A stretch of DNA of 63,727 nt, filler included, from Aduncisulcus paluster (Eukaryota): the NCBI GenBank assembly GCA_024181965.1. It is 10 parts of 10 records of this genome, joined end to end, with 100 filler letters (N's around TTAATTAATTAA, not from the genome) between each part and the next. Parts side by side here need not be neighbours in the genome. Positions count along the whole stretch, not along the records: positions 46,206 to 61,205 come from BQXS01010149.1; 9 more parts are not named here. One strand, given 5' to 3'. This document shows positions 48,834 to 61,100 of this stretch, piece by piece (the first letter of the stretch is position 1; each line of letters begins with the position of its first letter). Under the pieces are notes generated by a model. That model was not told where the DNA came from and made no database searches. It saw only the letters and a program-made list of their open reading frames with translations. The position numbers were made by a program, and so were the translations under genes.

Positions 48834-50110
48834 TCATTTCTTCTCACTACTCCCTCTCTTTTGAGAAGGAATATGAGGAGGTTGTCCTTGTTGCATACGA
48901 TATTGTGGATATTGTGGATATTGTGGATATCCCCCTACTGCTCTAAAAGGCTGTATGTCTGCAGCCGATGGAGAGAACTCAGACCCTGATGGAGAGAAGT
49001 GTGGATGAGGTTGCATGCTGGCGGCAGCAGGCATGTACGATTGTCCATGTGATGCCCCTTGAACTTGAGGTGGCCCTGACATGTCATGAGTGGGAGGAGG
49101 AGGCATATGGTAGTACCCCTGAGGAGGAGGCTGATACATCATGTGATATGGATGGGGAGGAGGAGGAGCCTGATGTCCCTGGTGGTAAGGGGCTGCATGT
49201 GATGTATGTTGTTGATATCCCATGTGCTGAGATGGATGTGGCGGCTGTTGAGACGAATATGAATGATAACTATGAGGGATATAGGTGCTTGGAAGTGGGG
49301 CAGTCGAGGTGGGCTGAGAGATACCAATCTGGCCATGAGAATCACCCGATATTGAGGAACCAAGAGGTGGAGCAGGAACCCCAGAAGGAGAGGAAGAAGG
49401 GATAAAAGAAGAGTGAGACATGCCAGTATGATGGTGAGAAATAGAGCCAGAGATAGCTGTGGATGCTGTACCCATAGATGATGGATGTCTTACAAGCCGA
49501 TGGAGAGAACTCAGACCCTGATGGAGAGAAGTGTGGATGAGGTTGCATGCTGGCGGCAGCAGGCATGTACGATTGTCCATGTGATGCCCCTTGAACTTGA
49601 GGTGGCCCTGACATGTCATGAGTGGGAGGAGGAGGCATATGGTAGTACCCCTGAGGAGGAGGCTGATACATCATGTGATATGGATGGGGAGGAGGAGGAG
49701 CCTGATGTCCCTGGTGGTAAGGGGCTGCATGTGATGTATGTTGTTGATATCCCATGTGCTGAGATGGATGTGGCGGCTGTTGAGACGAATATGAATGATA
49801 ACTATGAGGGATATAGGTGCTTGGAAGTGGGGCAGTCGAGGTGGGCTGAGAGATACCAATCTGGCCATGAGAATCACCCGATATTGAGGAACCAAGAGGT
49901 GGAGCAGGAACCCCAGAAGGAGAGGAAGAAGGGATAAAAGAAGAGTGAGACATGCCAGTATGATGGTGAGAAATAGAGCCAGAGATAGCTGTGGATGCTG
50001 TACCCATAGATGATGGATGTCTTACACCACCAATCATCAAAGGTTGAGACGAAGAAGGACCTGTAGTCGCGGAAGACATGGTGGGTCGGAGTCGTGGTAT
50101 GCATGGCAGC
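48834..50110 (-). pseudogene. His/Pro/Ser/Gln-rich coding fragment disrupted by a 532-bp tandem duplication
   Basis: Low-complexity ORF ending ..YPQYPQYPQY..SSEKK*. 48963-49494 = 49495-50026; 532 is not a multiple of 3. Confidence 0.65.
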
Positions 50111-50451
50111 CACTATAACCATTTTTTTCTGGACTTCTGACCATGCCACAATAAAACCCATTTTGTAAAAAGAATGCCGAAAGGGAACATCATGTTAAGA
50201 TATGATATCATCATAGGTGTGAGATATACTCTTTCTTTGAACTTGTTGAAAGGACTGAGAACATGTTCCTCATCAGAATACTCAAGGAATTGGATGATGT
50301 AAAGACACGTCACCACCTTGTGAATAGGATCAAAATAAAATAAAAGTAGAATATTCAATCATTGAAGCACATGATGTACTACATTAGTAAAACGATACTA
50401 TCCCATTTCCCATGATTATGGTGGTGTGGCTTAATCGAAACATCATATCCT

Positions 50452-50472
50452 GTGTGTGTGTGTGTGTGTGTG
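50452..50472. repeat. (GT)n microsatellite
   Basis: About 10-11 TG units. Confidence 0.9.
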
Positions 50473-50762
50473 ACGATCACTCAATTGTGAATGGAAACCT
50501 TCTTTGAGAGCTTCATATGAATTATACACAAATGTGCCACACCATGTTGGAGCTAACTTCTCTTAGCTGTCATCAGAAGAAAAAGAAGAAGATGAATCTA
50601 TGAACAAAGAACCACTCGCAGAAGCTTCATTTTGTATTTTAGCAAGACCAAGATCTCCAAGAACAATGGACATTTCTTTACCCTCTGCGTCAGTTCGAAC
50701 TAGGAAATTCTGGGGTTTTATATCACGATGCACGAGGGAAGGGTTTGCAGAGAACACGTCAA
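50473..50762 (-). pseudogene. Ser/Thr protein kinase fragment (subdomains VIb-IX) with an in-frame stop
   Basis: VHRDIKPQNFLV, LGDLGLAK, a stop, then WCGTFVYNSYEAL..SQLSD. Confidence 0.85.
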
Positions 50763-50935
50763 TCAGAACAATCATCCTCATCAGAGCAATCATCCTCATC
50801 AGAGCAATCAGTGTCATCAGAATCGGTGTCATCAGAGCGATCATCCTCATCAGATCAATCGATGTCATCAGAGCAATCGGTGTCATCAGAGCGATCATCC
50901 TCATCAGAGCAATCGGTGTCATCAGATCAATCATA
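50760..50935. repeat. 18-bp minisatellite, about 10 units
   Basis: Units ATCAGAGCAATCATCCTC and ATCAGAGCAATCGGTGTC; they read DEDDCS/DDTDCS on the minus strand. Confidence 0.9.
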
Positions 50936-52688
50936 AGTTTCTTTTGTAACTCAACAGCAGTTTCCTCTTCCATTTGATAATTTCTTCAAGTTGCTCATCG
51001 AGTTGTCCCTTTTTGCTCAAGTAGTCCGACTCATTGCCCGAAATGCTTTACAATCAGATCCTTGCCTTCTTGTTCTTCTTGAGAAATATCTACACCACAA
51101 GCAATAATTAACAGCAATAAACCCAGTGATAAACCCAGTGATAAAGAACACCATCTATTCCCTGCTTTTGAGGATGAGGTCACAGATTTAATTATAATCT
51201 CTTATAGTCTATCTTAACATTTCCAAGCTGAACAGGGAGAGAGAAAAACATTCGTCGTTATATCACCGATTCAGTGAAGGAGGATCCGATCCATTCCCTT
51301 GAGTCTTCAAGGGAAAATGTGTTGACTTAGAAGAAGAGGAGTCCAATTCCATACTGTATAATATACAGTGTATATAATGACATGGAGATGGTCTATATTG
51401 GATTTCTCCGCAATCTCAGCATTTTAATAGAGTAACCACTACTACTGAGTTATCATTAGTAATGATAACAAATTGATTGCTGTCTGGAGCAATAACTAGA
51501 GACGACCAAGGGACATGGGATAGCTCATTACACTCTAATGCCACAATAAAACCCATTTTGTAAAAAGAATGCCGAATCATTCGTTTCATGATGAGAACAT
51601 CATACATGTTAAGATATGATATCATGTTGGGATGAGATATACTCTCAGAGTAGATAGGCTATCTTAGAACTTGTTGATGGTTCCTTCGATTTAATTACAT
51701 CATAGACTTTTGAACATATAATGTCCATTGAAAGTTATATCATGAGCATCAGGAGTAAACGAAAACCAATGTCAGAGTCTAGGGCACTTGAGAGCTGTTC
51801 GATGGAAATAGTAATCTTAGAGCTCTCAATTTATCCCGTGAAAAACTCTCAAAAATTAATTCTTGAGGTGCTGATGGTTCCCAAAAAGATATAGACATGG
51901 ACACATATAATGGAAGAAGGAGCTGAAAATGGATAATGACGGCGGTGATGAAAATGATCCCTACCTTCAAGTAAAGCAATTTCTAAAGGAGGAAGATTGG
52001 GAAAAAATAATCACTTGAACATAAAACTGATGTCTTGGTCTGATCAATATATCCGATATATCATGGAGTTCATGTTTTAAAAACTCAGGAAATACTATTT
52101 CATGTAGTACATGGATTGTAATATTTTATGGCGAGATAAAATGGCTTGCCGATCCAAATGTGATGAAATAGTGGAAGTTGACTGAGTTAAGGGATTGGAA
52201 TCGGGATGTATACAAAAATCGGCCTTCGGATTATTAATAATGGAATTCTTTGAAGAAGAAATGTTCATTTTGTTTCAAACTCAAGGAATATACTTTCTAC
52301 AATTCCTTACAAGTGAGTTATCAGCAGTTGATAATCAGCAAAAACTATTTGCTTCAAGCAATAATAAGTTATTAGTAATAATAGATCTAAAAAACAACAA
52401 AAAAACAAAAAAAAAGGTACAACCTTTATAAATAGAATATAAAACTTGATAGTATCAAGTTGATACCATGGTGTATTATTATTATTTGACAGCAAACTTT
52501 GCTAGTTCACTGAACTAGTTGGCAACTAGCATTCTAAGTTTGAAACTCTCAGAGTTAAACTCTAAATATCTCGTAGAATTTTATTCAATTATTTTCAAAA
52601 TAAGTTATTCACAAATGGAAATAAAACCAACCAGTGGTTTTCTGAAATGAACTTCATTTAGCCTTAGAATGTTGTAACAACCTGGTTA

Positions 52689-52922
52689 TTAGGGTGTCAC
52701 AACAGCGTTGTCCATATCCATCACGGCATCCTCGAGCTTTTTAGTGGCGCTATGCATGCAGCAACCACATGCCATAAAAAGACCGCAGAGAACGGCGAGA
52801 ATACTGCATATAACACCGAGAACGACACCTACTGCCTGCTTTGCCAAAAAGCTGAAAACGGCACCAACTGCAAAGAGAACAAAGAAAACACCGCAAATAA
52901 TAGCACAGACTCCAGTACACAT
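52689..52922 (-). CDS. Small two-TM Cys-rich membrane protein (77 aa)
   Basis: ATG to TAA, two hydrophobic helices and a CGCC motif; GC-richer than its flanks. Confidence 0.65.
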   Translation of the reverse strand: MCTGVCAIICGVFFVLFAVGAVFSFLAKQAVGVVLGVICSILAVLCGLFMACGCCMHSATKKLEDAVMDMDNAVVTP

Positions 52923-53206
52923 AATTTATAAAACTAGTTGCAACAATGAGGTTAGATGGGAAAAAGTCGGTTGATGCTATTTTTGGAGAATCAGATATCA
53001 TCAAAAATTCAGTCCGGGTGTATTTATTTTTTGTTGGGCAAATGAGTTTATACACATAATATATTATCTATATTTTATATTATATTTCTCTTCTCAACAA
53101 TAGGTCTTTTTTTTTGATCTCAGAGAAATTGCACCGCTCCGAGTCGGCTGATGCCATGACAGCCCTTTTCTGCACGTGATTTTATTTTCACTACAAAATT
53201 TCTTTA

Positions 53207-54178
53207 ATGGAAGAATGTCTTGGTTATACATGCACGGCATTGACTGTTATTACGCTTATTTTACTGATAGGTGGACTCGTTGCGAAGATAATAGGAAAAG
53301 ACAACACGAACATTTTTTTTGATAACGTAGATTCTTTTATAGCCTCAATTGAGGATGTTTCATCATCCTCTACCTTCTCTAGGTTCAAAAATTCTCTTGC
53401 TACAATGAGCATGACTCTTGAAATCAATAGCACAACATTCTCTCTTGATATCAATGATTTTACTGCTTATAGCGATGTATCATGTGGTGTTGATGATGAT
53501 GATATGGCAGCCCTTGAAGAAAGAGGTATTTCTAGCTCTGATATGGATTCATTTTTTTACAGATTATCTCCTTTAACAAGCTCTGATTTTTCAGATGTTT
53601 CTGGACTCGACTTTTACGCCAAAATTGAGTTGTTTGAAGACAGTACGTCCAATTTATCAATATCAAAGAAGTTTGTGTATAGTGAATTAACAGATACCGA
53701 GGGTGAATATGACTATTGCAGCTCCGGTAAACTTGAGTGTTCAACTGGTTTATTTCAATCTAAATGTGTCTCTGTATCATATGCAGAAGCTCTTAATATT
53801 GGAATCACTCCCAAGCATACCTCCACGTATCCGAATACTTATGATGTCAGTGGCGGTTATGTTAACTTTGCCAACTGGTACTACTATTCGACCGATTCAT
53901 ATAGTTGCTCTTCTGTTGATTATCTTCCAGTAAGTTCCCTTTCTTTAAATATTTATGATATTACTACCTATTGTGGGATTTATCAGACCGAATATGGTGG
54001 AGATCTCGGAAATAATCAGACTTGGCTTATTGAGATTGGCACTATCTCGTTGATTATTGGGGGATGCTGTGTTGGTCTCCTTATTATTTTAATCCTAATT
54101 ATGCTCTTTTGTATCCCTGAAAGTATGGAATATGTCTCTGTCTTTCAATGTTGTGAAGCTTTATTTCACTTGATATAG
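53207..54178 (+). CDS. Membrane protein with N- and C-terminal TM helices and a Cys/Ser/Tyr-rich lumenal loop
   Basis: Intact 323-aa ORF; a paralogue lies 1.7 kb downstream. Confidence 0.8.
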   Translation: MEECLGYTCTALTVITLILLIGGLVAKIIGKDNTNIFFDNVDSFIASIEDVSSSSTFSRFKNSLATMSMTLEINSTTFSLDINDFTAYSDVSCGVDDDDMAALEERGISSSDMDSFFYRLSPLTSSDFSDVSGLDFYAKIELFEDSTSNLSISKKFVYSELTDTEGEYDYCSSGKLECSTGLFQSKCVSVSYAEALNIGITPKHTSTYPNTYDVSGGYVNFANWYYYSTDSYSCSSVDYLPVSSLSLNIYDITTYCGIYQTEYGGDLGNNQTWLIEIGTISLIIGGCCVGLLIILILIMLFCIPESMEYVSVFQCCEALFHLI

Positions 54179-54906
54179 TTTGAAATTATCCCCTGTTTGG
54201 AAAACGTACAACACTGTTGTACAACATGACAATTTATATTTTTCGCAAAGAACTGTTTCATATTGAGGCAAGTAAGGACGGATTAATGGTTATTTTTTTA
54301 TTATTATGTTTAATTTATTTTTAATTTATTTCTGAAAACCCGCAATAAATTATTCGGCATCATCCCGTGATGATCACACTGTGATCACAGAATAAACTTT
54401 GAAATCACAGAAAAAATGAAATCGCATCAAAATAATTTCTGCAAAAAAGCCATTTAAACACGGTGTGATCGTAAGATTTAATATTTTTCTTTATTTATAT
54501 TCTTTATTCAATAAATACAAGTTGTAACGGTTACAAATGTGACATTTCTCACTGATTATAAAATTATTTTATTAAAAATGGCCTCTATAATGTTGACTCA
54601 AATAATAGCACAGACTCCAGTACACATAATTTATAAAACTAGTTGCAACAATGAGGTTAGATGGGAAAAAGTCGGTTGATGCTATTTTTGGAGAATCAGA
54701 TATCATCAAAAATTCAGTCCGGGTGTATTTATTTTTTGTTGGGCAAATGAGTTTATACACATAATATATTATCTATATTTTATATTATATTTCTCTTCTC
54801 AACAATAGGTCTTTTTTTGATTTCAGAAAGAAATTGCACTGCTTGTCTGACTGCCGTGACAGCCCTTTTCTGCACGTGATTTTATTTTCGCTACAAAATT
54901 TCTTTA

Positions 54907-56135
54907 ATGGAAAAATGTCTTGGTAATACATGCACGGCATTGTCTTTTATTATGTTTATTTTACTGATAGGTGGCGGCTTTATACTGATGGGTGGAAAAT
55001 CATGGACGAACATTTTTTTTGATAACGTAGATTCTTTTATAGCCTCAATTGAGGATGTTTCATCATCCTCTACCTTCTCTAGGTTCAAAAATTCTCTTGC
55101 TACAATGAGCATGACTCTTGAAATCAATGGCACAACATTCTCTCTTGATATCAATGATTTTACTGCTTATAGCGATGAATCATGTGGCGTTGATAATGAT
55201 GATATGGCAGCCCTTGAAGAAAGAGGTATTTCTAGCTCTGATATGGATTCATTTTTTCACACAGATTATCTCCTTTAACAAGCTCTGATTTTTCAAATGT
55301 TTCTGGACTCAACTATTACGCCGATATTGAGTTATTTGAAGACAGTACGTCCAATTTATCAATAACAAAGAAGTATGTGTATAGTGACATAACAACTACC
55401 GATTCTGAAGGAGATTGCGACTCCTATCAACGTCAGTGTTCATATAAATGTGTTTCTGTATCATATGCAAAAGCTCTTAATATTGGAATCACTCCCAAGC
55501 ATACCTCCACGTATCCGAATACTTATGATGTCATTGGCGATGATGTTAACTTTGCCAACTGGAACAACTATTCGTACAGTTCATATAGTTGCTCTTCGGT
55601 TGATTATATTCCAGTAAGTTCCCTTTCTTTAAATATTTATGATATTACTACCTATTGTGGGATTTATCAGACCCATTACGGTGGAGATCTCGGAACTGAT
55701 TTGTCTAATCTTATTAAGATTGGCACTATCTTGTTGATTATTGGGGGATGCTGTGGTGCTATCGTTATTATTTTATTCCTAATTAGTATTTGTGATGTTG
55801 AAAGCTGCTTCAGTTCGTGTTCAAGTCTCTTCTATTCTTGCAAAACTAGTCATGAGAGGAAAAAAACTCAACGTGAGGAAGAAAGGAAAAAAAGGGCTGA
55901 GCAGAGACAGAGACAGCGTGCAATGCGTTCATCCACATACCAACCAGAATCAGAGTTGGGAGATCAAAGAATTGATCTTGAAGATAGGTCCCACTCTCCT
56001 CTTTATCAACCTTCCTCACAACCCATACAGCCTCTCCCTGATGAAGTTGTTGCCCAGGGTGAACAGGATGAAAGTGGACAAACATTCATTCCTGTGAGTG
56101 TCATTCTTGCCAGAATGCAGGCTGGGGAAATGTAA
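54907..56135 (+). pseudogene. Tandem paralogue of 53207-54178 with a +2 frameshift near 55258 and a longer cytosolic tail
   Basis: TTTTTTTACAGA in copy 1 versus TTTTTTCACACAGA in copy 2; homology continues in the other frame. Confidence 0.75.
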
Positions 56136-57577
56136 TGTAGAGTATTTTTAGAATATTTGTTTTTGTTTTATTTTTATATCTCCCAAATTGTAAAATTGTG
56201 ACACCACATCTATAAGTCACTTATATCATATAAGTGGTATGATATCGCGGTGGTCTTGGAACAGTAATAATATTGCAGTACCTGTTTCTTGCGCCATTTT
56301 TAGAATTTAATAAAAACTTAGTACACTGTATACTGGCAGTATCCAACTATTTATAAAACACATATAAACGAGTTAAATGCTGACAAATGATAAAAACATG
56401 TTTTATTTTCATTTCCATGCCATGGTGTTTATTCTCGGTATCTCAGGCTTTTGGAGAACCCTCAGGACTGGATATAGTTCCATTTCACGTGTTAAGAACA
56501 TTTATGAACGATTTCAATGCCATTCAATAACATGGATATATTTCCATTTCATTTCTATCCTTATCCTTGCCTTTCTGTTTCATTTTCACTTGCTTTTGCT
56601 TACAATCAAAAATATCAAGAACTCGGAATATGATGGTATACATATGTCTGTATACTGCTATGAATCTAATCTCCTGATGCTTCATGGAACATGACATTTC
56701 ATTCCACCCAACTCCAACTCCAACTCCAACTCCAATGCCAACTCCAATGTCAGATCCTGATCATCTGATACATTTAATACTGAGCTTTGTGCTCTGTGTT
56801 CCTTGTCTTTGTAATGTGGCGCATCTGTCATCTGTCATATGTCACGCTCTGTGTTTATTGTCTTTGGAATATGGGACATCTGTCATATGCCAAAGCTCTA
56901 CCATGAAGAAATAGTAACCCATACTCCTAAGATACCATAAACTCTAAATCTGAACTGTCAGCACATCGTCGAACACCAACCATTTAATGTGCTTGATTTT
57001 CGCTGTTCCTTTTCATTTTTTTCTTTATTTGAAGTAATCATGGCCTCTCTGGAGCCATTGGTTAGCAACCAAGCGGCTTGGAAATCTCAATTATTGTTAT
57101 TTTTATTTATTTTTTATTTTTTTCTCACTTTTCTTCTCTCTTTCATCATTAACCCCAATGCTATTCCACCAAGCTGGTCGCAAATTGATTCAATTGAATT
57201 GTAATTCTACATTTTAGAATTCTTAAATGGTATTTTTAAAATACTATTTTTAATGCTAATCCTAATTTCAAATGTCAAATTAATTTGTATGATTAAGTTA
57301 AGCAAATAGAATCCAATGACATACGACGATCAAATTAAATCGTTGACTTAAAATTATGGAAACTCAAAGTTCTGGCATTCAATGAGGTTGACAATTGTCA
57401 ACTTGACATTGTGACATTGAATATCAACAGCTGTTGACTCAACACTAATCTCAGCTTTGATAATCTCAGGGTCAATCCGGTAAAGTACTCAGGCAAGGTT
57501 ATTTATTTCGTCAAAACTGAGTCAGTTTACGACTGACAATATTTCGTGACATATTAGGGTTTAGAATTATACTATAA

Positions 57578-59609
57578 TTATTCAAGGATAGCGTATGCAG
57601 GATTTGTGAGGACACCACAGAAATTTGAAGAACTGTCAATGTAGACATAACCATTAACACCCCAAAGAGCACTCCAAGAGTTCTTAACAATCCAGTATTC
57701 AACCTCATCACCATCTTGATCATCGGGATTGATCATCTTGCCCCAACCTTCAAGAGTGACGCCGTGGGCAAGATCAGAGTAATCGGACCCACAGTCAGGG
57801 TCGTTGTAGATACCACCGGCATAGAACACAAGACTCTCGGGCACAGCAATCGAGATGGCAACAGGACCATCGAGAAGCTGGTTGTAGAGATCATCCTTGT
57901 TCCCACTGTCAACAGCACCCCAACCAGTGAGAGCGTACTCAGGGTAAGTGTTATAAAGAGTAGTGTCACAATAATCATTCACACTGCGGTAGGGAACATC
58001 AGCTTCAGGGACAATACCAATGTCAGTGATCATGTCATAAGCTGGACCAAAATCACCTCCATCACAACCATGACAGGAGGAATCGGGATGATCGTCATAT
58101 GTGGCCCAGGCACAATTAACAACGAATTGTTGAGACAAAGCAGTGTACTCGCCCAATTTCTTGGCAAGACGACCTTCCAGAGCATTGACGGCACTGAAAG
58201 CCCAGCAGCTTCCACAGTTTCCTTGGTCATTAACGGTACCGGACACAGTGTTTGAGTATAATCTCCAATCGATCGTACGCCAGTCGCTCACAGTTTCGGG
58301 AGTGTGGTCAATGAGGTGGGTAAACTGACCAGAGTGCCAAAAGGGATCATCATTTACATTGCCATGGTCTTCGTCACCTTCACGACGGTAAGCAGGCCTG
58401 AATCCGGTGTAAATCTTGTGAATCTCATCAAGGGTGAGATCAGCAAACTTATTGATGGCCATTGTGAAAGTGTTCTCAGTGTTGACATTGTGCTTTTCGA
58501 TCATGGCATATCTACGGCTAAATAAACGCTGACGCTCGGTACGCTCCTCTAATGAAGCATATTTCTTAGCGAAACGGCGAGAATAAGCAGCAAAACGGAC
58601 GTCAGAGGCATCAATCTCACACACAGCCTTGTNNNNNNNNNNNNNNNNNNNNGTGGGTAAACTGACCAGAGTGCCAAAAGGGATCATCATTTACATTGCC
58701 ATGGTCTTCGTCACCTTCACGACGGTAAGCAGGCCTGAATCCGGTGTAAATCTTGTGAATCTCATCAAGGGTGAGATCAGCAAACTTATTGATGGCCATT
58801 GTGAAAGTGTTCTCAGTGTTGGCATTGTGCTTTTCGATCATGGCATATCTACGGCTAAATAAACGCTGACGCTCGGTACGCTCCTCTAATGAAGCATATT
58901 TCTTAGCGAAACGGCGAGAATAAGCAGCAAAACGGACGTCAGAGGCATCAATCTCACACACAGCCTTGTGAGTCATGAGAGAGCGGAGAAGAGCGGCACT
59001 TCCAGAAATACCACGGGAAGAAGATGTCATATTAGCGCATTGAGCGGGAACATCAAAGGCACCGGCAGTAGTTGAACCCTTTGTGTATGAAATGTAATCA
59101 ATAATGTATTGATCGTAGTGAGATCCAGAGAAAAGATTGTAGCCAGTCATGTGCCATTGAACGGGAGTTCCTCCTTCAGTAATATACATAGTATATGTCT
59201 GAGGCTTGTCAAATTCACTAGAATCCTCATAAACGTACTTATTAACCTTAATTCCCTCAATGACGGGGGTTTCGCCAGTAGCAGTGTATACACTCATATC
59301 GGGAAGGATCACAGGGGCGTCAGCAAAGGTGCTGCCATCATCCGTACATTCTTGGTGATCAAAGGCGACATAAACATCATAGTTCTTTGACCCAACCCAG
59401 ACATTAAAATCAAGATCATCAAAGATGGAATATTTGATACTTTGCAGAGATAGATCAAAATCATAAGAAATTTCCTCGTTAATAGAGAAATCTGTGGAGT
59501 TAGGGATCTTCAATACAGCATCAACATGATATGAGTTTCCCCAATCAATAGAGACGGCTAAAACACTTCCAAGAAGAGCAATAAATAAAATACAAATTTT
59601 TACGTTCAT
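57578..59609 (-). CDS. Papain-family (C1A) cathepsin L-like protease of the CfaD / 26-29 kDa proteinase type; duplication artefact at gap 58633-58652
   Basis: Signal peptide; N-terminal extension with PVQWHMTGYNLFSGSHYDQYIIDY; I29 prodomain (ERTERQRLF, INKFADLT); QGNCGSCWAFS, LAHGV and YWIVKNSW. Confidence 0.93.
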
Positions 59610-60639
59610 AATATGGTCAAAAAAAAGCTCAGGAAAGATTTTGAAATTTTCTCCACACGTATTTTAGCTTCGCCAAGGGAAAACGATGGAAGAGAGGTGT
59701 ATCAGCATTTATTTGGAAAATTCTATATATATTTTCCCACAAATTGTTGTCATTTGTTTCACAGANNNNNNNNNNNNNNNNNNNNTTCCTCGTTAATAGA
59801 GAAATCTGTGGAGTTAGGGATCTTCAATACAGCATCAACATGATATGAGTTTCCCCAATCAATAGAGACGGCTAAAACACTTCCAAGAAGAGCAATAAAT
59901 AAAATACAAATTTTTACGTTCATAATATGGTCAAAAAAAAGCTCAGGAAAGATTTTGAAATTTTCTCCACACGTATTTTAGCTTCGCCAAGGGAAAACGA
60001 TGGAAGAGAGGTGTATCAGCATTTATTTGGAAAATTCTATATATATTTTCCCACAAATTGTTGTCATTTGTTTCACAGAACTACTATTTTTTGATTTGTG
60101 GTTTTCTCCTGAATATTACAATATAGTTAAGAAATAAAAAATATGAGAGTTCATTGATTATGATTTAATGGCCGATAAATCCAATTTTCCATGAAAATAC
60201 TACCTCGACTTGAGACAAACTTCAAGTTCAACTTGACAAAGTCACTTTGTGACAAACGGTTTGTCGCTTGCTTGAAGCTGCAATATTGAATATATAAATT
60301 CAAAAGAATCGTTTTACTATTTGGATCTATGGCCTTTCTATAGTCTCTATAGATCAGCTGCTCATGCTCTTCCCATACCGTTTTCCGAGATTGAGCCTTT
60401 TCCTTTACGTCACGCCGGTATGGGAGAGACACACGCAACACAGCAAGTTATTGATAGGATAAAACACAACATGGGACAATGGGACATCCTTCGCAGGGCT
60501 GGATACGAGACATGGAGACAGTGTGAGCGTCACCTTCTTCTTCCGTCTACATCTATGTGTTCTTGTTCACACCTATGTGTCCAACTATCTTCCAAACTCC
60601 GCTAGGAGAAAAATAAAGCGTTATTTAGGTTCTTAGAGC

Positions 60640-61100
60640 AAGGGATCCCTTACGGACGAACAAAAATAAAAATAAAAATAAATTAAGACCATAAAAAACT
60701 CCTATCCATTCGGCTTTTCTCGATGAATCGGTTTTTTTCGGATTCACGCTTATCGCCGGGACCTTTCACGGAAGCTACTAACACCATAGACATCTATTGT
60801 GTTTGGTTATGACAGAAAGATCACATTCTGCACATCGGCCGGCAATAGCCATGGCAAGACGCATCAGTAGCCGACTGAGGTGGCTCATAAACAGCACTTG
60901 CGCGCCATTGGGCACAGATACCCTCACCGACTTCTTACCATAGTCAAAGATGAATTTTCCAAGGAAGGAGGCAGCACGACGACCCATGACACCTGAAGAG
61001 GAAAGAAGGGCAAAAGGAATAATATTAAAACGCTTTCCAATCAGTGACCTTAGGTCATCATGTACAACAGGCCTCTTACGAAAAGGGCCGCCATGATTCG
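60640..61100 (-). mobile_element. Probable non-LTR retrotransposon 3' end (endonuclease tail plus structured 3' UTR)
   Basis: RFNIIPFALLSSSGVMGRRAASFLGKF resembles the 33.3-kb fragment. Stop at 60778, then a hairpin at 60711-60758 and a T-rich tract. Confidence 0.5.

Noticed and set aside
50760-50935. CRISPR-like array (also considered for the GGTAATACC clusters)
   Set aside because: The units are contiguous with no unique spacers, there are no cas genes and the context is eukaryotic. These are a minisatellite and transposon subterminal repeats.
60700-60800. HDV-like or twister ribozyme (GCCGAATGG resembles the HDV J4/2 strand)
   Set aside because: I could not build P1/P3/P1.1 pairings or twister consensus elements; only a simple hairpin is supported.
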